Shown here: piece by piece, positions 9,467-18,598 of the stretch
Numbering within the stretch: position 1 is the stretch's first letter
Layout: every line of letters starts with the position of its first letter
Source of the DNA: a virus
DNA: 64,000 nucleotides
Strand: one strand, 5' to 3'
IMG/VR virus record: IMGVR_UViG_3300032323_002779
Coordinates: 1-64,000 of that record
Notes under the pieces: model-generated
What the model saw: the letters and a program-made list of their open reading frames with translations, nothing else
The model's database searches: none
Told to the model about the DNA's origin: nothing
Position numbers and translations under genes: made by a program

Positions 9467-9497
9467 TTTGATAATTCGTTTCGGTTTATTATATTTG
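9467..9497 (+). promoter_or_regulatory. Bacteroidota sigma-A promoter for the polyvalent block
   Basis: TTTG-N19-TATATTTG, 19 nt upstream of ATG 9517. Confidence 0.7.
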
Positions 9498-9516
9498 GCA
9501 CTTAATCCTTAATGCA

Positions 9517-10464
9517 ATGAAAGACAGTCATATAGATTATTCAGATTACTACGAAAATGGTGGAAAAGTAGATACCAAAATACCTTTAAGAATTAGAAAA
9601 GAAATTTATGATGCGGACGGCGAAAGACGCATCGATGAAAGAGCGATAGAGGTTTTAACAGACTACGCTGAAAATTTACCACAAACCAAAGACTTAAATA
9701 CCAACTCAAGAACAGGAAGTTATTTTCCTGAAAGACAAAGGCTTCATCGGAAAATTATGGATTCTTTTAAAAAGGATTTGGTTTGTATTGAAAATGACGA
9801 ACCAATCGCTATTCTTATGGGAGGTTCTCCTGCGAGTGGAAAAAGCACATTCTTGAGAAAATACGCCCCGTATTTGCTAAAAGAAGAAATTTTAAAAGTT
9901 GATGCTGACGAGATTAGAGCAAAACTTCCTGAATACAGAGGTTGGAACGCAACCCAAACACATCAAGAAACCAAAGATATTGTTAATACACTTTTGAGTG
10001 ATAGAACTATTGGAATTCCTTGTAAGTACGATGTTATTTATGATGGAACTATGAATAGCACCAAGAGTTATTATCCGCTAATTGCCCTATTGAAAAAATT
10101 AGGGTACAAAATCTTTATCGTTTATATCGATAAGGTTGAAGAAGAAGTTATTAAAAAACGTGCTTTAGAAAGGTACAAAAAGAGTGGTCGCTTCGTCCCT
10201 ATGGCGGTAATAGATGATTTCTTTACAAGGGGCAAAAGCGCACTTAACGAACTAAAAGACAAAGCGGACGGTTATATGATTGTTGACGGGTCAGGCGGAG
10301 ATTACAAAGTAATTGAGCGTGGGGGAATGAGATTGCCTAAACGCCGTGCTTACTCGAAATTGGGAGTTCCTATTGCGCAGTTAGAGAAAGAAAGTAAAAT
10401 GGAAAGTGGTGGGGCTACTGAAAGCAGAACGCCTGACTATTTAAGAATGTTTTTGGGGAAATAA
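9517..10464 (+). CDS. Zeta-toxin-like P-loop kinase with C-terminal PDYLRMFLGK tag
   Basis: GGSPASGKST, VDADEIR, IYDGT and RYKKSGRFVP; GG motifs near both ends. Confidence 0.85.
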   Translation: MKDSHIDYSDYYENGGKVDTKIPLRIRKEIYDADGERRIDERAIEVLTDYAENLPQTKDLNTNSRTGSYFPERQRLHRKIMDSFKKDLVCIENDEPIAILMGGSPASGKSTFLRKYAPYLLKEEILKVDADEIRAKLPEYRGWNATQTHQETKDIVNTLLSDRTIGIPCKYDVIYDGTMNSTKSYYPLIALLKKLGYKIFIVYIDKVEEEVIKKRALERYKKSGRFVPMAVIDDFFTRGKSALNELKDKADGYMIVDGSGGDYKVIERGGMRLPKRRAYSKLGVPIAQLEKESKMESGGATESRTPDYLRMFLGK

Positions 10465-10465
10465 A

Positions 10466-11362
10466 ATGAAAAACTTCGCCTTTATATTGGTAATAGAAAA
10501 CATAAAAAACCCAAACTTAATTTCAAGTGATGGGGTTAAAAACAAGTATAAAGGTGCTTACAAAAAGATTTTTGATATTTTAAATGAAGATTTTGTATTT
10601 GTTGAATTTGAAAGCGAAGACGAAGAGTTGATTGGAAACGATTTTTACTTGTATTTCAATCTCACTCCTGATTTAGAAAAATTACAACGAATAAGTAAAA
10701 TTCCAAATGTGAAAATAATTAGTCAAAGATATGGGTTAGGCGGAAGAACGATAGCCCAAACTCCTGCTCCCAAGAAAGACCGTGTTTATGGAAGCGATTT
10801 GAACAAGAGTGATTCGTCAAAAGATTTGTCAAGCGCAAAACTAATCAAGTTTGACGAAAAGACGCTTGAGGCTATTAAAAATAAGGTTCGGGAGCATAAT
10901 GAGGAACACCCTGATAAGAAAATAAACTTGTCAAGTGCTAAAGCGGTTGTTCGTAGAGGAATGGGGGCTTATTCTAAATCCCACAGACCGACTATCAAGG
11001 GCGGTAAACCGAACAGTAGAGTTGCTTGGGGATTAGCAAGATTAAACGCCTTTACATACAAAATTGTGAACGGCAAAAGTAAGTCGGGAAAATATAACCA
11101 AGACGATGATTTGATTGAGGAATTAGGTTTTAAAGTTGCTAATTATAAAAACGGCGGAGAAATGAAAAAAGACATACGTTGTATCAACTGCGGTTGGGAA
11201 TGGAATAAAAAGGATTCCGAGTTATGGGATATGTATGTTTGTCACAAGTGCGGTTTTGACAACACAACTTTCTATACTTCTATTCCTGTTAATAATTATA
11301 GCAAGGGAGGTAAAGTAGAATCGAAAAACCCTGACTATTTAAGAATGTTTTTAGGAAAATAA
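10466..11362 (+). CDS. Multi-module protein (DUF5824-like module plus Zn ribbon) with C-terminal PDYLRMFLGK tag
   Basis: VRRGMGAYSKSHRP...WGLARLNAF and CINCG...CHKCG; modules bounded by YGLGG, YKNGG and YSKGG. Confidence 0.65.
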   Translation: MKNFAFILVIENIKNPNLISSDGVKNKYKGAYKKIFDILNEDFVFVEFESEDEELIGNDFYLYFNLTPDLEKLQRISKIPNVKIISQRYGLGGRTIAQTPAPKKDRVYGSDLNKSDSSKDLSSAKLIKFDEKTLEAIKNKVREHNEEHPDKKINLSSAKAVVRRGMGAYSKSHRPTIKGGKPNSRVAWGLARLNAFTYKIVNGKSKSGKYNQDDDLIEELGFKVANYKNGGEMKKDIRCINCGWEWNKKDSELWDMYVCHKCGFDNTTFYTSIPVNNYSKGGKVESKNPDYLRMFLGK

Positions 11363-11366
11363 AGAT

Positions 11367-12359
11367 ATGAGCAACAAGTTATTAGCACCTAACGGCAAAC
11401 CAACCAACCTAAATGCTATGCAGTACGAATTAGTTCGTACCCCTGCGTTTAAAAAGTGGTTTGGGGATTGGGAAAACGACCCTGCTAATGCGAGTAAAGT
11501 TGTTGATGAAAATGGAGAGCCTTTGGTTGTTTATCACGGAACTAATAGCGATTTTACAAAATTCAGTTTAGAAAGAGTTGGTTCAAATGTTGATTACGGA
11601 ATGTGGGGAAGTGGATTTTACTTTTCTCCCTTGAGGTCATTTAGCAAATATTACGGAAGTAAGATTTTAAAATTATTTTTGAATATTAGAAATCCGTTTG
11701 TTAGGAATCCAAATATTCAAGGAAGTACTGTTCAATTCAAGCCTGTATATGGTAAAGAAGCATCTCTTAATTTAAGAAATCAAATATTATCATATAACTA
11801 TGATGGTGTTTTTCAATACGAATCGGGTCAAAAAAATCCGCTTATTCAAATTGTTGCGTTTCAGCCAAACCAAATAAAACTTGCTGACGGAACTAATAGG
11901 TTGTTTGATGCTAATTCAGACGACATTAGATTTGTAAAAGGAGGAAAAGTTAAAGGGGATTGTTATTTAGTTGCAGGTCAAATTGCAATGGAAATAAGAA
12001 GTAAAAAAATTGACTACAAAGGAACGCCTTATTTGGTTCACGCAGAAGTTAAGCATAGTACTTTAGACGGAGTTCGTTTTGGACACGCTTTTATTGAGGA
12101 CGATGAAAACGTTTATGATTTTTCAAACAACAGAGAAATTATAATGCCAAAGCAATTATACTACTATTTTGGGGACATAAACCCAAAAGACAAAAAGAAG
12201 TATAGAAAATATACTTTCAAACAGGCAAGAGAAAAAATGTTAAGTACAGGCAATTATGGTTGTTGGGATATAGATGTTGAGTTTAATAGCGGAGGGGAAA
12301 TAGTTAAGTCGTACAAAATGGAAATCCCCGATTATTTAAAAATGTTTTTAGGATTTTAG
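11367..12359 (+). CDS. ART-PolyVal-like ADP-ribosyltransferase domain plus Cys-His-Asp protease-like domain, with PDYLKMFLGF tag
   Basis: FKKWFGDW...GEPLVVYHGT...GFYFS...FLNIRNP...YDGV...VAFQPNQIK, followed by GDCY...GHAFIE...VYD. Confidence 0.75.
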   Translation: MSNKLLAPNGKPTNLNAMQYELVRTPAFKKWFGDWENDPANASKVVDENGEPLVVYHGTNSDFTKFSLERVGSNVDYGMWGSGFYFSPLRSFSKYYGSKILKLFLNIRNPFVRNPNIQGSTVQFKPVYGKEASLNLRNQILSYNYDGVFQYESGQKNPLIQIVAFQPNQIKLADGTNRLFDANSDDIRFVKGGKVKGDCYLVAGQIAMEIRSKKIDYKGTPYLVHAEVKHSTLDGVRFGHAFIEDDENVYDFSNNREIIMPKQLYYYFGDINPKDKKKYRKYTFKQAREKMLSTGNYGCWDIDVEFNSGGEIVKSYKMEIPDYLKMFLGF

Positions 12360-12362
12360 GTT

Positions 12363-12914
12363 ATGGAAAATTTAGAAATTTGGAAAGACATATCCGAATA
12401 TGAGGGACGCTATCAAGTATCTAATATTGGTAGAGTAAAGTCTGTTGCAAGAATAGTTGAAAGTAGAAAAGGTGTTTTCGGTAATAAAAAAGAGATTGTT
12501 TTAAAGCCAACTAAAACTAAAAAAGGATATTTAAGAATTAAACTATGTAAAGTTTTTTGCGAAAAATCTATTGAGAATAATTTTTACATACATACTTTAG
12601 TTGCTAAATCATTTTTAGAAAACCCTTTAAAAAAACCTCAAGTTAATCACATTAACGGAGTTAAAGACGATAATAGAATTGAGAATTTGGAGTGGGTTAC
12701 GGGTTCTGAAAATGTAATACATTCTCTTAATAATAATTTAAAAATACCACAGAAAGGTTCTGAACACGGAATGTCAAAACTTACGGAAAAGGAGGTTTTA
12801 GAAATAAGAGCAATAGGGAGGTCAAAAACATTAAAAGAAGTTTCTTTAAAATACAATGTTGACCAATCTTTGATTAGTTCAATCTTGTTAAATAAAATTT
12901 GGAATCACGTTTAA
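12363..12914 (+). CDS. NUMOD4/HNH homing endonuclease
   Basis: EIWKDI...YQVSNIGRVKS (NUMOD4) and VNHINGVKDDNRIENLEWVT (HNH). Confidence 0.92.
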   Translation: MENLEIWKDISEYEGRYQVSNIGRVKSVARIVESRKGVFGNKKEIVLKPTKTKKGYLRIKLCKVFCEKSIENNFYIHTLVAKSFLENPLKKPQVNHINGVKDDNRIENLEWVTGSENVIHSLNNNLKIPQKGSEHGMSKLTEKEVLEIRAIGRSKTLKEVSLKYNVDQSLISSILLNKIWNHV

Positions 12915-12928
12915 AAAAACAATTTAAA

Positions 12929-15900
12929 ATGCGAAAAGGCAAAATAAAATTAACTCAAAAAGAAGCAGAAAACACACCCGCAGGAGGTGTTGTTGTTGGT
13001 AAAAGAGATGGTCAAACAATGATTTATGATGACGCTTCTCTTGGAGGGTATTTTGTAGGTAAACTACATCGTGACGGGGGTATCAAAATGATTAATAAAT
13101 CAACGGGACAACCTTTGGAAGTTCAAGGTTCGGAGGTCATTATTACCGCTCCTGCCGTAAACGACCCTACTAAAAAAGAGTTTGAGGGCAAGATGATGAC
13201 TAATCGTGAAATACTTTCTAAAATTAATTCGGACGGTGGTGGCGTGTCTTTTGCGGACGGAGGCGATATTCCCGCTAAAATCCATACAACTGATTGCGAA
13301 TACAAATTTGGCGGAAAGTTGGTTAAAGACACCGACATAGCGCACTCTTTAGGTATGAACTCTACCTTGAAAAAAGGAAAACAACAATTTTCTTCAGGAG
13401 ATACAACTTATGACGTAGATGGTATTTATAATGCTATTAAAAAGGGCAAACTTCGCTTAAAAACTAAAGAGATTGAAACTTTCCCGATGAAGTACCCTGT
13501 GTATGACAAAAATTACGCAGAAAACCACAAAATTGATTTCAGAAAACCAAACGGGATTACTGTTCGCACAGAAAGTGGCGAAGAGGTTTTGATTGACGGT
13601 AATCATAGAATGAATGATGCCTACCTAAAGGGCAGAAAAACTATGAAAACTTATTACATCGAAGACCCAAAACAAATAGCCAAGTTTGCCAAAAAGAACA
13701 AATTTGAGTTAGGCGGGGAAAATAAAGTTGGCGGTCATTTATCAAAAAACAAATCATTGAAGCAAATTGCTGAAATGCACAATGTTTCTTTGGCTCACAT
13801 TAACGAAGAACTTGCGAAAGGTTTGGAGGTAGAGAAAGAACATTTTTCTGATTTTAAAGAGCGCACAAGGGTTGCTAAAGACCATTTAGTAGAAAACCCT
13901 AACTATTACACTATTCTTGCTAAAGCAGGGCTTAAAATGGGTGGACGTGTTCAAAGACAAGAGTTGGTTGAGAAATCGAAAAAAGGCGATACCCCTGCAA
14001 GAGATTTGAATAATTACAATGACATTATGGATTTAGAAGCAGACGGAGCGGTAGGTGGAGATAGTGGTTTGGCTTTTGCTGATGGTGGACAGGTATCTGA
14101 TTTGAAAATAGGAGATGTTCTTGAAATAGATTCAAATAGCAAGTATAGCGGACTGTCGTTGTATGTGCCGAGTGAAAACAACACTTATTTTTTTAACAAC
14201 GGAACTCAATTAAAATTAGTTAAGTTAAATAGCGGGGGAGATGAAGATTATAAGTCTTTTAGTTTAGAACAAGCGGGAGAAAAAATAATTGTTTCAATCG
14301 CAAACATAAGTTTGCAAAAAATGATTAATGAAAAATCCTTAAAAAAGGTTTCTTTTGCTGATGGCGGAATAACGCCGTATGATGCTAATGAAGAGGGGGA
14401 TTCAGTTGATATTGTTGAAGACGAATTCGCAAAAGGCGGGGTGGTTTATGATACCACAAAACCAAAAATTGAAAAAGTAACTATAAAAGAAACAAGGTTT
14501 GATGCGAGTTCTCCTGTTTATTCAGGTAGCCGACAAAACATCGTAGGTAAAATTGCTAACAATGTTTCTGAATTGCAACAAATTGTTTCTGACTACATAG
14601 GTTCAAGTCCTAAAGAAGAATACGATTGGATTAGTTTTTATGTGAATGATGCCTCAAGAGGTAAATATTATGTAGATTTAAACAAAGACAAGAAAAACAC
14701 GGTAAAAAATGTAAACCCCGAAACGCTTAATTCTGTAAACTTTAAAAGAGTAATAGATGCTAAAGATTATTTAGTGAAAAACTACGATTGGACTGACTTT
14801 TTTGAGGGCGCAAGTAATATACCTGCTCGTAGAGGCAAAACTGTTGAAGGAGTTAACGTGGTTTACTTTGATGTTGACGGAAAAACACGTCTAATTCAAG
14901 ATGTCAGAAATCCATTTCAACTTTATAATTTTTTAAAGAAGTTATATAATGACGGTAGTCGTTATGTAGAATTACAACCAAGCGGTTATGGAATTGTTAA
15001 ACAATTCCCTAAAATTATTCCAATCACTAATTCTGCTTGGCAAGACATACTTTTTGTAAAACCTGAAAAAGAGGCGGTTGAAGCAATTATGAACACACTT
15101 GCTTTTGCTCTTTTCCCTAAATTAGATTTTTCTAAATTTAATAATAGGTCTAATATCCCTGCTTCAACTTCTGCTTACAAAGCAGACAAAGAGGTTCAGT
15201 CAGTTTTGATTAAATACGGAAAAGGCAACGAATATACCGCATTGAACGGGGAATCTCTTTTATCTATGATGCAAGATATTTGGAACTCAAATGGCAAAAC
15301 AGTAAGAACGATTCAGATACAACCTAAAGGCAGGATAGCGCAGTTGTCTGTTTTAAAAATAATTGACTTGGTTGAAAAACCTTTTAATATTGAGTATGAA
15401 ATTAATCCTGATAAAATTACACTTAATGAATTAAGAGATAAATTATCAAAAGGAGAAGAATGGTACAATGACTTGGATTGGACGAGTTTCTTTAAAGAAA
15501 ACACTCCTGCCTCTTCAACTTCTGTTTCATCTCCAAAAAAAGAAAATGTTGTTCAATCAGTAAGGTTAAATTTTGAAAAACAAGACGGAACGCCATATAA
15601 TAAGATAACGGCAAATTCGGGCAGAGAACTCTTTAAAGAACTTGAATATGCTGAAAATAATTGGTTGACTGCTGAAGATGATTTTTTCAGATTTCAGTTC
15701 ATTGCTTATTATACGGATAGTAATGGCATTGGTAAATCTATGTCCGAACAATTTAATTTTGGAGATAAATTTTTTCTTCCAAGTAATTGGTCTTACGACA
15801 GTTTTAGAAGATTAGTCTATTATGATTGGTTTGGTAATAAGTTAGATTTTAGCGAGTTTTTCCATAAAACATACATTGCTTCGAGCGAAAGAGAAGTTAG

Positions 15901-18592
15901 CAAAGTTACGTTGACTTACGATACAGGTGTTTTACTTAAAGAAATTTGCTATAACGGGTCTGAATTGTTTGAGGCTTACAAATTAATTGAAGAAATGGCA
16001 GAGGGCGGTTCTTTGGAGGTTAATGTTACTTTAAGCGGAAAAGATAAAAGCGGACAATTTTTTGAAACTCAAGGTACTCCTCAAGAAGTTGGTCAGGGAG
16101 GTTTTGAGCCAAGTCAAATTTATTCTTTTGAGGAATTTGAAAAATATTTTAAAAGTTTGTATAGGCGGTTTGATTTTAATAATTTCTTTAGCGGAATTAC
16201 AGTTCCCAATAGTAGTGGAAATTCTGCTCAATCAACCGTAAATAGTTCGCCAATAGCAAATGCCAATAAAATATTAGGTCAAGACTTATATAACTCTAAA
16301 ATTTGGATTGGAAATGATTTAAAATTAAGAGATAAGGTTTTTGAAAAACTTGTGGATTTAGGATTTGTAATTGACCGCCAATATGACGGGGATTTTGACG
16401 TGGTTGTAACTATTGACGATTACAATTTCTATGTAAGTCAAGTTTCAAGAGAGGATTTTGAAAAAAACAAATTGTTAAAAGAAATATTTCCGTCAGATTT
16501 AGGGATTGATGTTCCTGCTTCTGCTAAAGGCAAACCAATAGTTGAAAAGTTATACACCGCTAATGGAGATGTTTTTTCTAATATCGAACAGGTTAGATAT
16601 TTCCTCGATAACAGAACTGCTTTTGTTGATAAAGTGTTCTTTAACGTAAATTCTTTAAATAGTCAAGATGTTTTTAGGGTTGAACTAAACGATGTAAATA
16701 GTGATTATTACTATAACAAAAGTGCAGGTTTAGAGCCTAAATATAGAAAACTGCAAGATATATTTGAGTTGAATCCTGCTTTTAAAAATTATGATTGGGA
16801 GGAATTCTTTTCGTTTTTTTCAAATACACAAACGCCTACAACGTCAAGTAATCCTAATAACATAGAACCTTATGATGCTTACCGAATTACTCTTATTTGG
16901 AAAGATAATTCAGGAAAGGAAATTATAGACTCTATGGATATTTTTAATGGAGTTAGTGGAGCATTTTTCATATCTCGATTAAAAGAAATAGAAGAGCAGT
17001 CACAAGGTAAAGATGTAGAGGTTATAATAAGAGCATTTGCTAATGATGACGAGGGCAATCAATTTGAAAAAAATGATTATTTTACTATTGGAGAAATTTG
17101 GTTTAAGCCAAGCACAAGAACAAATGAGGAAATAAAATCAGTTGTTGAAGAATGGATTGACGGAGTTAATTTTGACAAGTATTTTGCAGATGTGATTCCT
17201 TTAAGCGGAAGCCAATCATCTGCTACTCAATACAAGCCTATCGACTTATCTCAAACTAAAATTTGGATTGGAGATAATAGAGATGTTAGCAAACAGATAC
17301 AGGAAAGAGTGTTTGAACTTGGTTGGTCTTGGAAAAATTTAGCATTGCCTACAAGTCCAAATTATATGTTTCAACCTGCTCTTTATTTTCATAGCGACAA
17401 AGACATAAGTTACGGAGATGATAAGCAGTTGTTTGATAGCAATAAAGATTTCAAGGAAATTACTTTAGAAGACTTGTTTGCTAAAATCGAACCTGCACAA
17501 ATCACACAAACGCCTACTGTAAGTGGTGTGTCAGGCTCGGTTAAGGAAATTAACAATTTGAAAGAAGCCGTTGATGTTTTAGAGGGAATCGCTTCACAAG
17601 CATCTCAAAAATACAATACCAAAAAATATGAGGAAAGTTTAGAGTTGTTAAAACAAGTAAAAGAGGAATACGCACTTGCTTTAAGTTTTACTCCTGAAAG
17701 TTCATTTATGTATGAGCGAATTGAGTTGATGAAGAAAATAACCGAAATCCAAAAGGAAATCACAAGGATTACCGAGTTGAAAAACGGCGGAGCGTACTAT
17801 ATTTTGTCCAAAGTAATTGAAAGATTGAACAGAGGGGAAAATTGGAAAGAACTTGGAAACGGCGAGATAATGGTTAATGAAGTTCCTCAACAAGAAATCG
17901 ATACGGTTATTTATACCGAAAAATTCAAAAATTGGTTTGGAGATTGGGAACAAGCATTAATTACAAAAGAGTATGATTATGTGAGTAAAGCATTAACCGA
18001 AAGTGGAAAGCCTTGTGTGATGTATCACGGAGCGAAACGTATTAAATTCTCTTATCGACAAGTTAGCAACGGGGTTGTTTATTTGGCTGAAAACAGAAGT
18101 TATGCGGAATGGTTTAGCGCAAATGAAAGTCCTTATCAAAAGCAGGGGGATTATTTAACGCAATGTTTCGTAAATCTTAAAAATCCGATTGATTTAACTC
18201 CTTTTGGGGTAGAGGAAGTTGATTTAAGAGATATTATACAATACATTGATGCTTTATACCCACTTGCTAAAATCTATGATGTGTTGCCTCCAAATACGGC
18301 TATGGCAATTATGAATAATCAGTTGATTGGAAGAAACTTTAGGGCTTGGTACATAATTAGACAATTCCCTGAATTAAACAAGCACATAAGAGATAATACA
18401 ACTTATGATGGATTTATTTATTATGAGAACAACCCAAGCGATATGATTAGGACTGAATCAGGGGAGTTTGTAGAGAACGTAACCAAAGCAACTGCCGTGT
18501 TTAATTCAAACCAAGTAAAATTGGTAGATGCGATGTTGTTTGACAGTTCTTTAGACGATTGGAGATTTGAAACAGGAGGAAAAGTAAATTAA
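12929..18592 (+). CDS. Giant polyvalent protein: ParB-like, DUF5661-like, repeated unknown domains and a C-terminal ART-like domain
   Basis: LIDGNHR; GLEVEKEH...AKDHLVENPNYY; FKNWFGDW...MYHGA...FVNLKNP. ATG 12929 is preferred over TTG 12899, which overlaps the HNH gene. Confidence 0.8.
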   Translation: MRKGKIKLTQKEAENTPAGGVVVGKRDGQTMIYDDASLGGYFVGKLHRDGGIKMINKSTGQPLEVQGSEVIITAPAVNDPTKKEFEGKMMTNREILSKINSDGGGVSFADGGDIPAKIHTTDCEYKFGGKLVKDTDIAHSLGMNSTLKKGKQQFSSGDTTYDVDGIYNAIKKGKLRLKTKEIETFPMKYPVYDKNYAENHKIDFRKPNGITVRTESGEEVLIDGNHRMNDAYLKGRKTMKTYYIEDPKQIAKFAKKNKFELGGENKVGGHLSKNKSLKQIAEMHNVSLAHINEELAKGLEVEKEHFSDFKERTRVAKDHLVENPNYYTILAKAGLKMGGRVQRQELVEKSKKGDTPARDLNNYNDIMDLEADGAVGGDSGLAFADGGQVSDLKIGDVLEIDSNSKYSGLSLYVPSENNTYFFNNGTQLKLVKLNSGGDEDYKSFSLEQAGEKIIVSIANISLQKMINEKSLKKVSFADGGITPYDANEEGDSVDIVEDEFAKGGVVYDTTKPKIEKVTIKETRFDASSPVYSGSRQNIVGKIANNVSELQQIVSDYIGSSPKEEYDWISFYVNDASRGKYYVDLNKDKKNTVKNVNPETLNSVNFKRVIDAKDYLVKNYDWTDFFEGASNIPARRGKTVEGVNVVYFDVDGKTRLIQDVRNPFQLYNFLKKLYNDGSRYVELQPSGYGIVKQFPKIIPITNSAWQDILFVKPEKEAVEAIMNTLAFALFPKLDFSKFNNRSNIPASTSAYKADKEVQSVLIKYGKGNEYTALNGESLLSMMQDIWNSNGKTVRTIQIQPKGRIAQLSVLKIIDLVEKPFNIEYEINPDKITLNELRDKLSKGEEWYNDLDWTSFFKENTPASSTSVSSPKKENVVQSVRLNFEKQDGTPYNKITANSGRELFKELEYAENNWLTAEDDFFRFQFIAYYTDSNGIGKSMSEQFNFGDKFFLPSNWSYDSFRRLVYYDWFGNKLDFSEFFHKTYIASSEREVSKVTLTYDTGVLLKEICYNGSELFEAYKLIEEMAEGGSLEVNVTLSGKDKSGQFFETQGTPQEVGQGGFEPSQIYSFEEFEKYFKSLYRRFDFNNFFSGITVPNSSGNSAQSTVNSSPIANANKILGQDLYNSKIWIGNDLKLRDKVFEKLVDLGFVIDRQYDGDFDVVVTIDDYNFYVSQVSREDFEKNKLLKEIFPSDLGIDVPASAKGKPIVEKLYTANGDVFSNIEQVRYFLDNRTAFVDKVFFNVNSLNSQDVFRVELNDVNSDYYYNKSAGLEPKYRKLQDIFELNPAFKNYDWEEFFSFFSNTQTPTTSSNPNNIEPYDAYRITLIWKDNSGKEIIDSMDIFNGVSGAFFISRLKEIEEQSQGKDVEVIIRAFANDDEGNQFEKNDYFTIGEIWFKPSTRTNEEIKSVVEEWIDGVNFDKYFADVIPLSGSQSSATQYKPIDLSQTKIWIGDNRDVSKQIQERVFELGWSWKNLALPTSPNYMFQPALYFHSDKDISYGDDKQLFDSNKDFKEITLEDLFAKIEPAQITQTPTVSGVSGSVKEINNLKEAVDVLEGIASQASQKYNTKKYEESLELLKQVKEEYALALSFTPESSFMYERIELMKKITEIQKEITRITELKNGGAYYILSKVIERLNRGENWKELGNGEIMVNEVPQQEIDTVIYTEKFKNWFGDWEQALITKEYDYVSKALTESGKPCVMYHGAKRIKFSYRQVSNGVVYLAENRSYAEWFSANESPYQKQGDYLTQCFVNLKNPIDLTPFGVEEVDLRDIIQYIDALYPLAKIYDVLPPNTAMAIMNNQLIGRNFRAWYIIRQFPELNKHIRDNTTYDGFIYYENNPSDMIRTESGEFVENVTKATAVFNSNQVKLVDAMLFDSSLDDWRFETGGKVN

Positions 18593-18598
18593 AAAAAA

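Noticed and set aside
7302-12365. TAG stop-codon reassignment (TAG at 7302-7304 and 12357-12359 is in frame with the next gene)
   Set aside because: Other TAG stops are followed by out-of-frame genes or TAA, giant ORFs are intact under code 11, and the PDYL tag ends exactly at the 12359 stop.
12363-12914. Group I intron or intein hosting the HNH gene
   Set aside because: The flanking genes look complete and there is no room for intron core structure.
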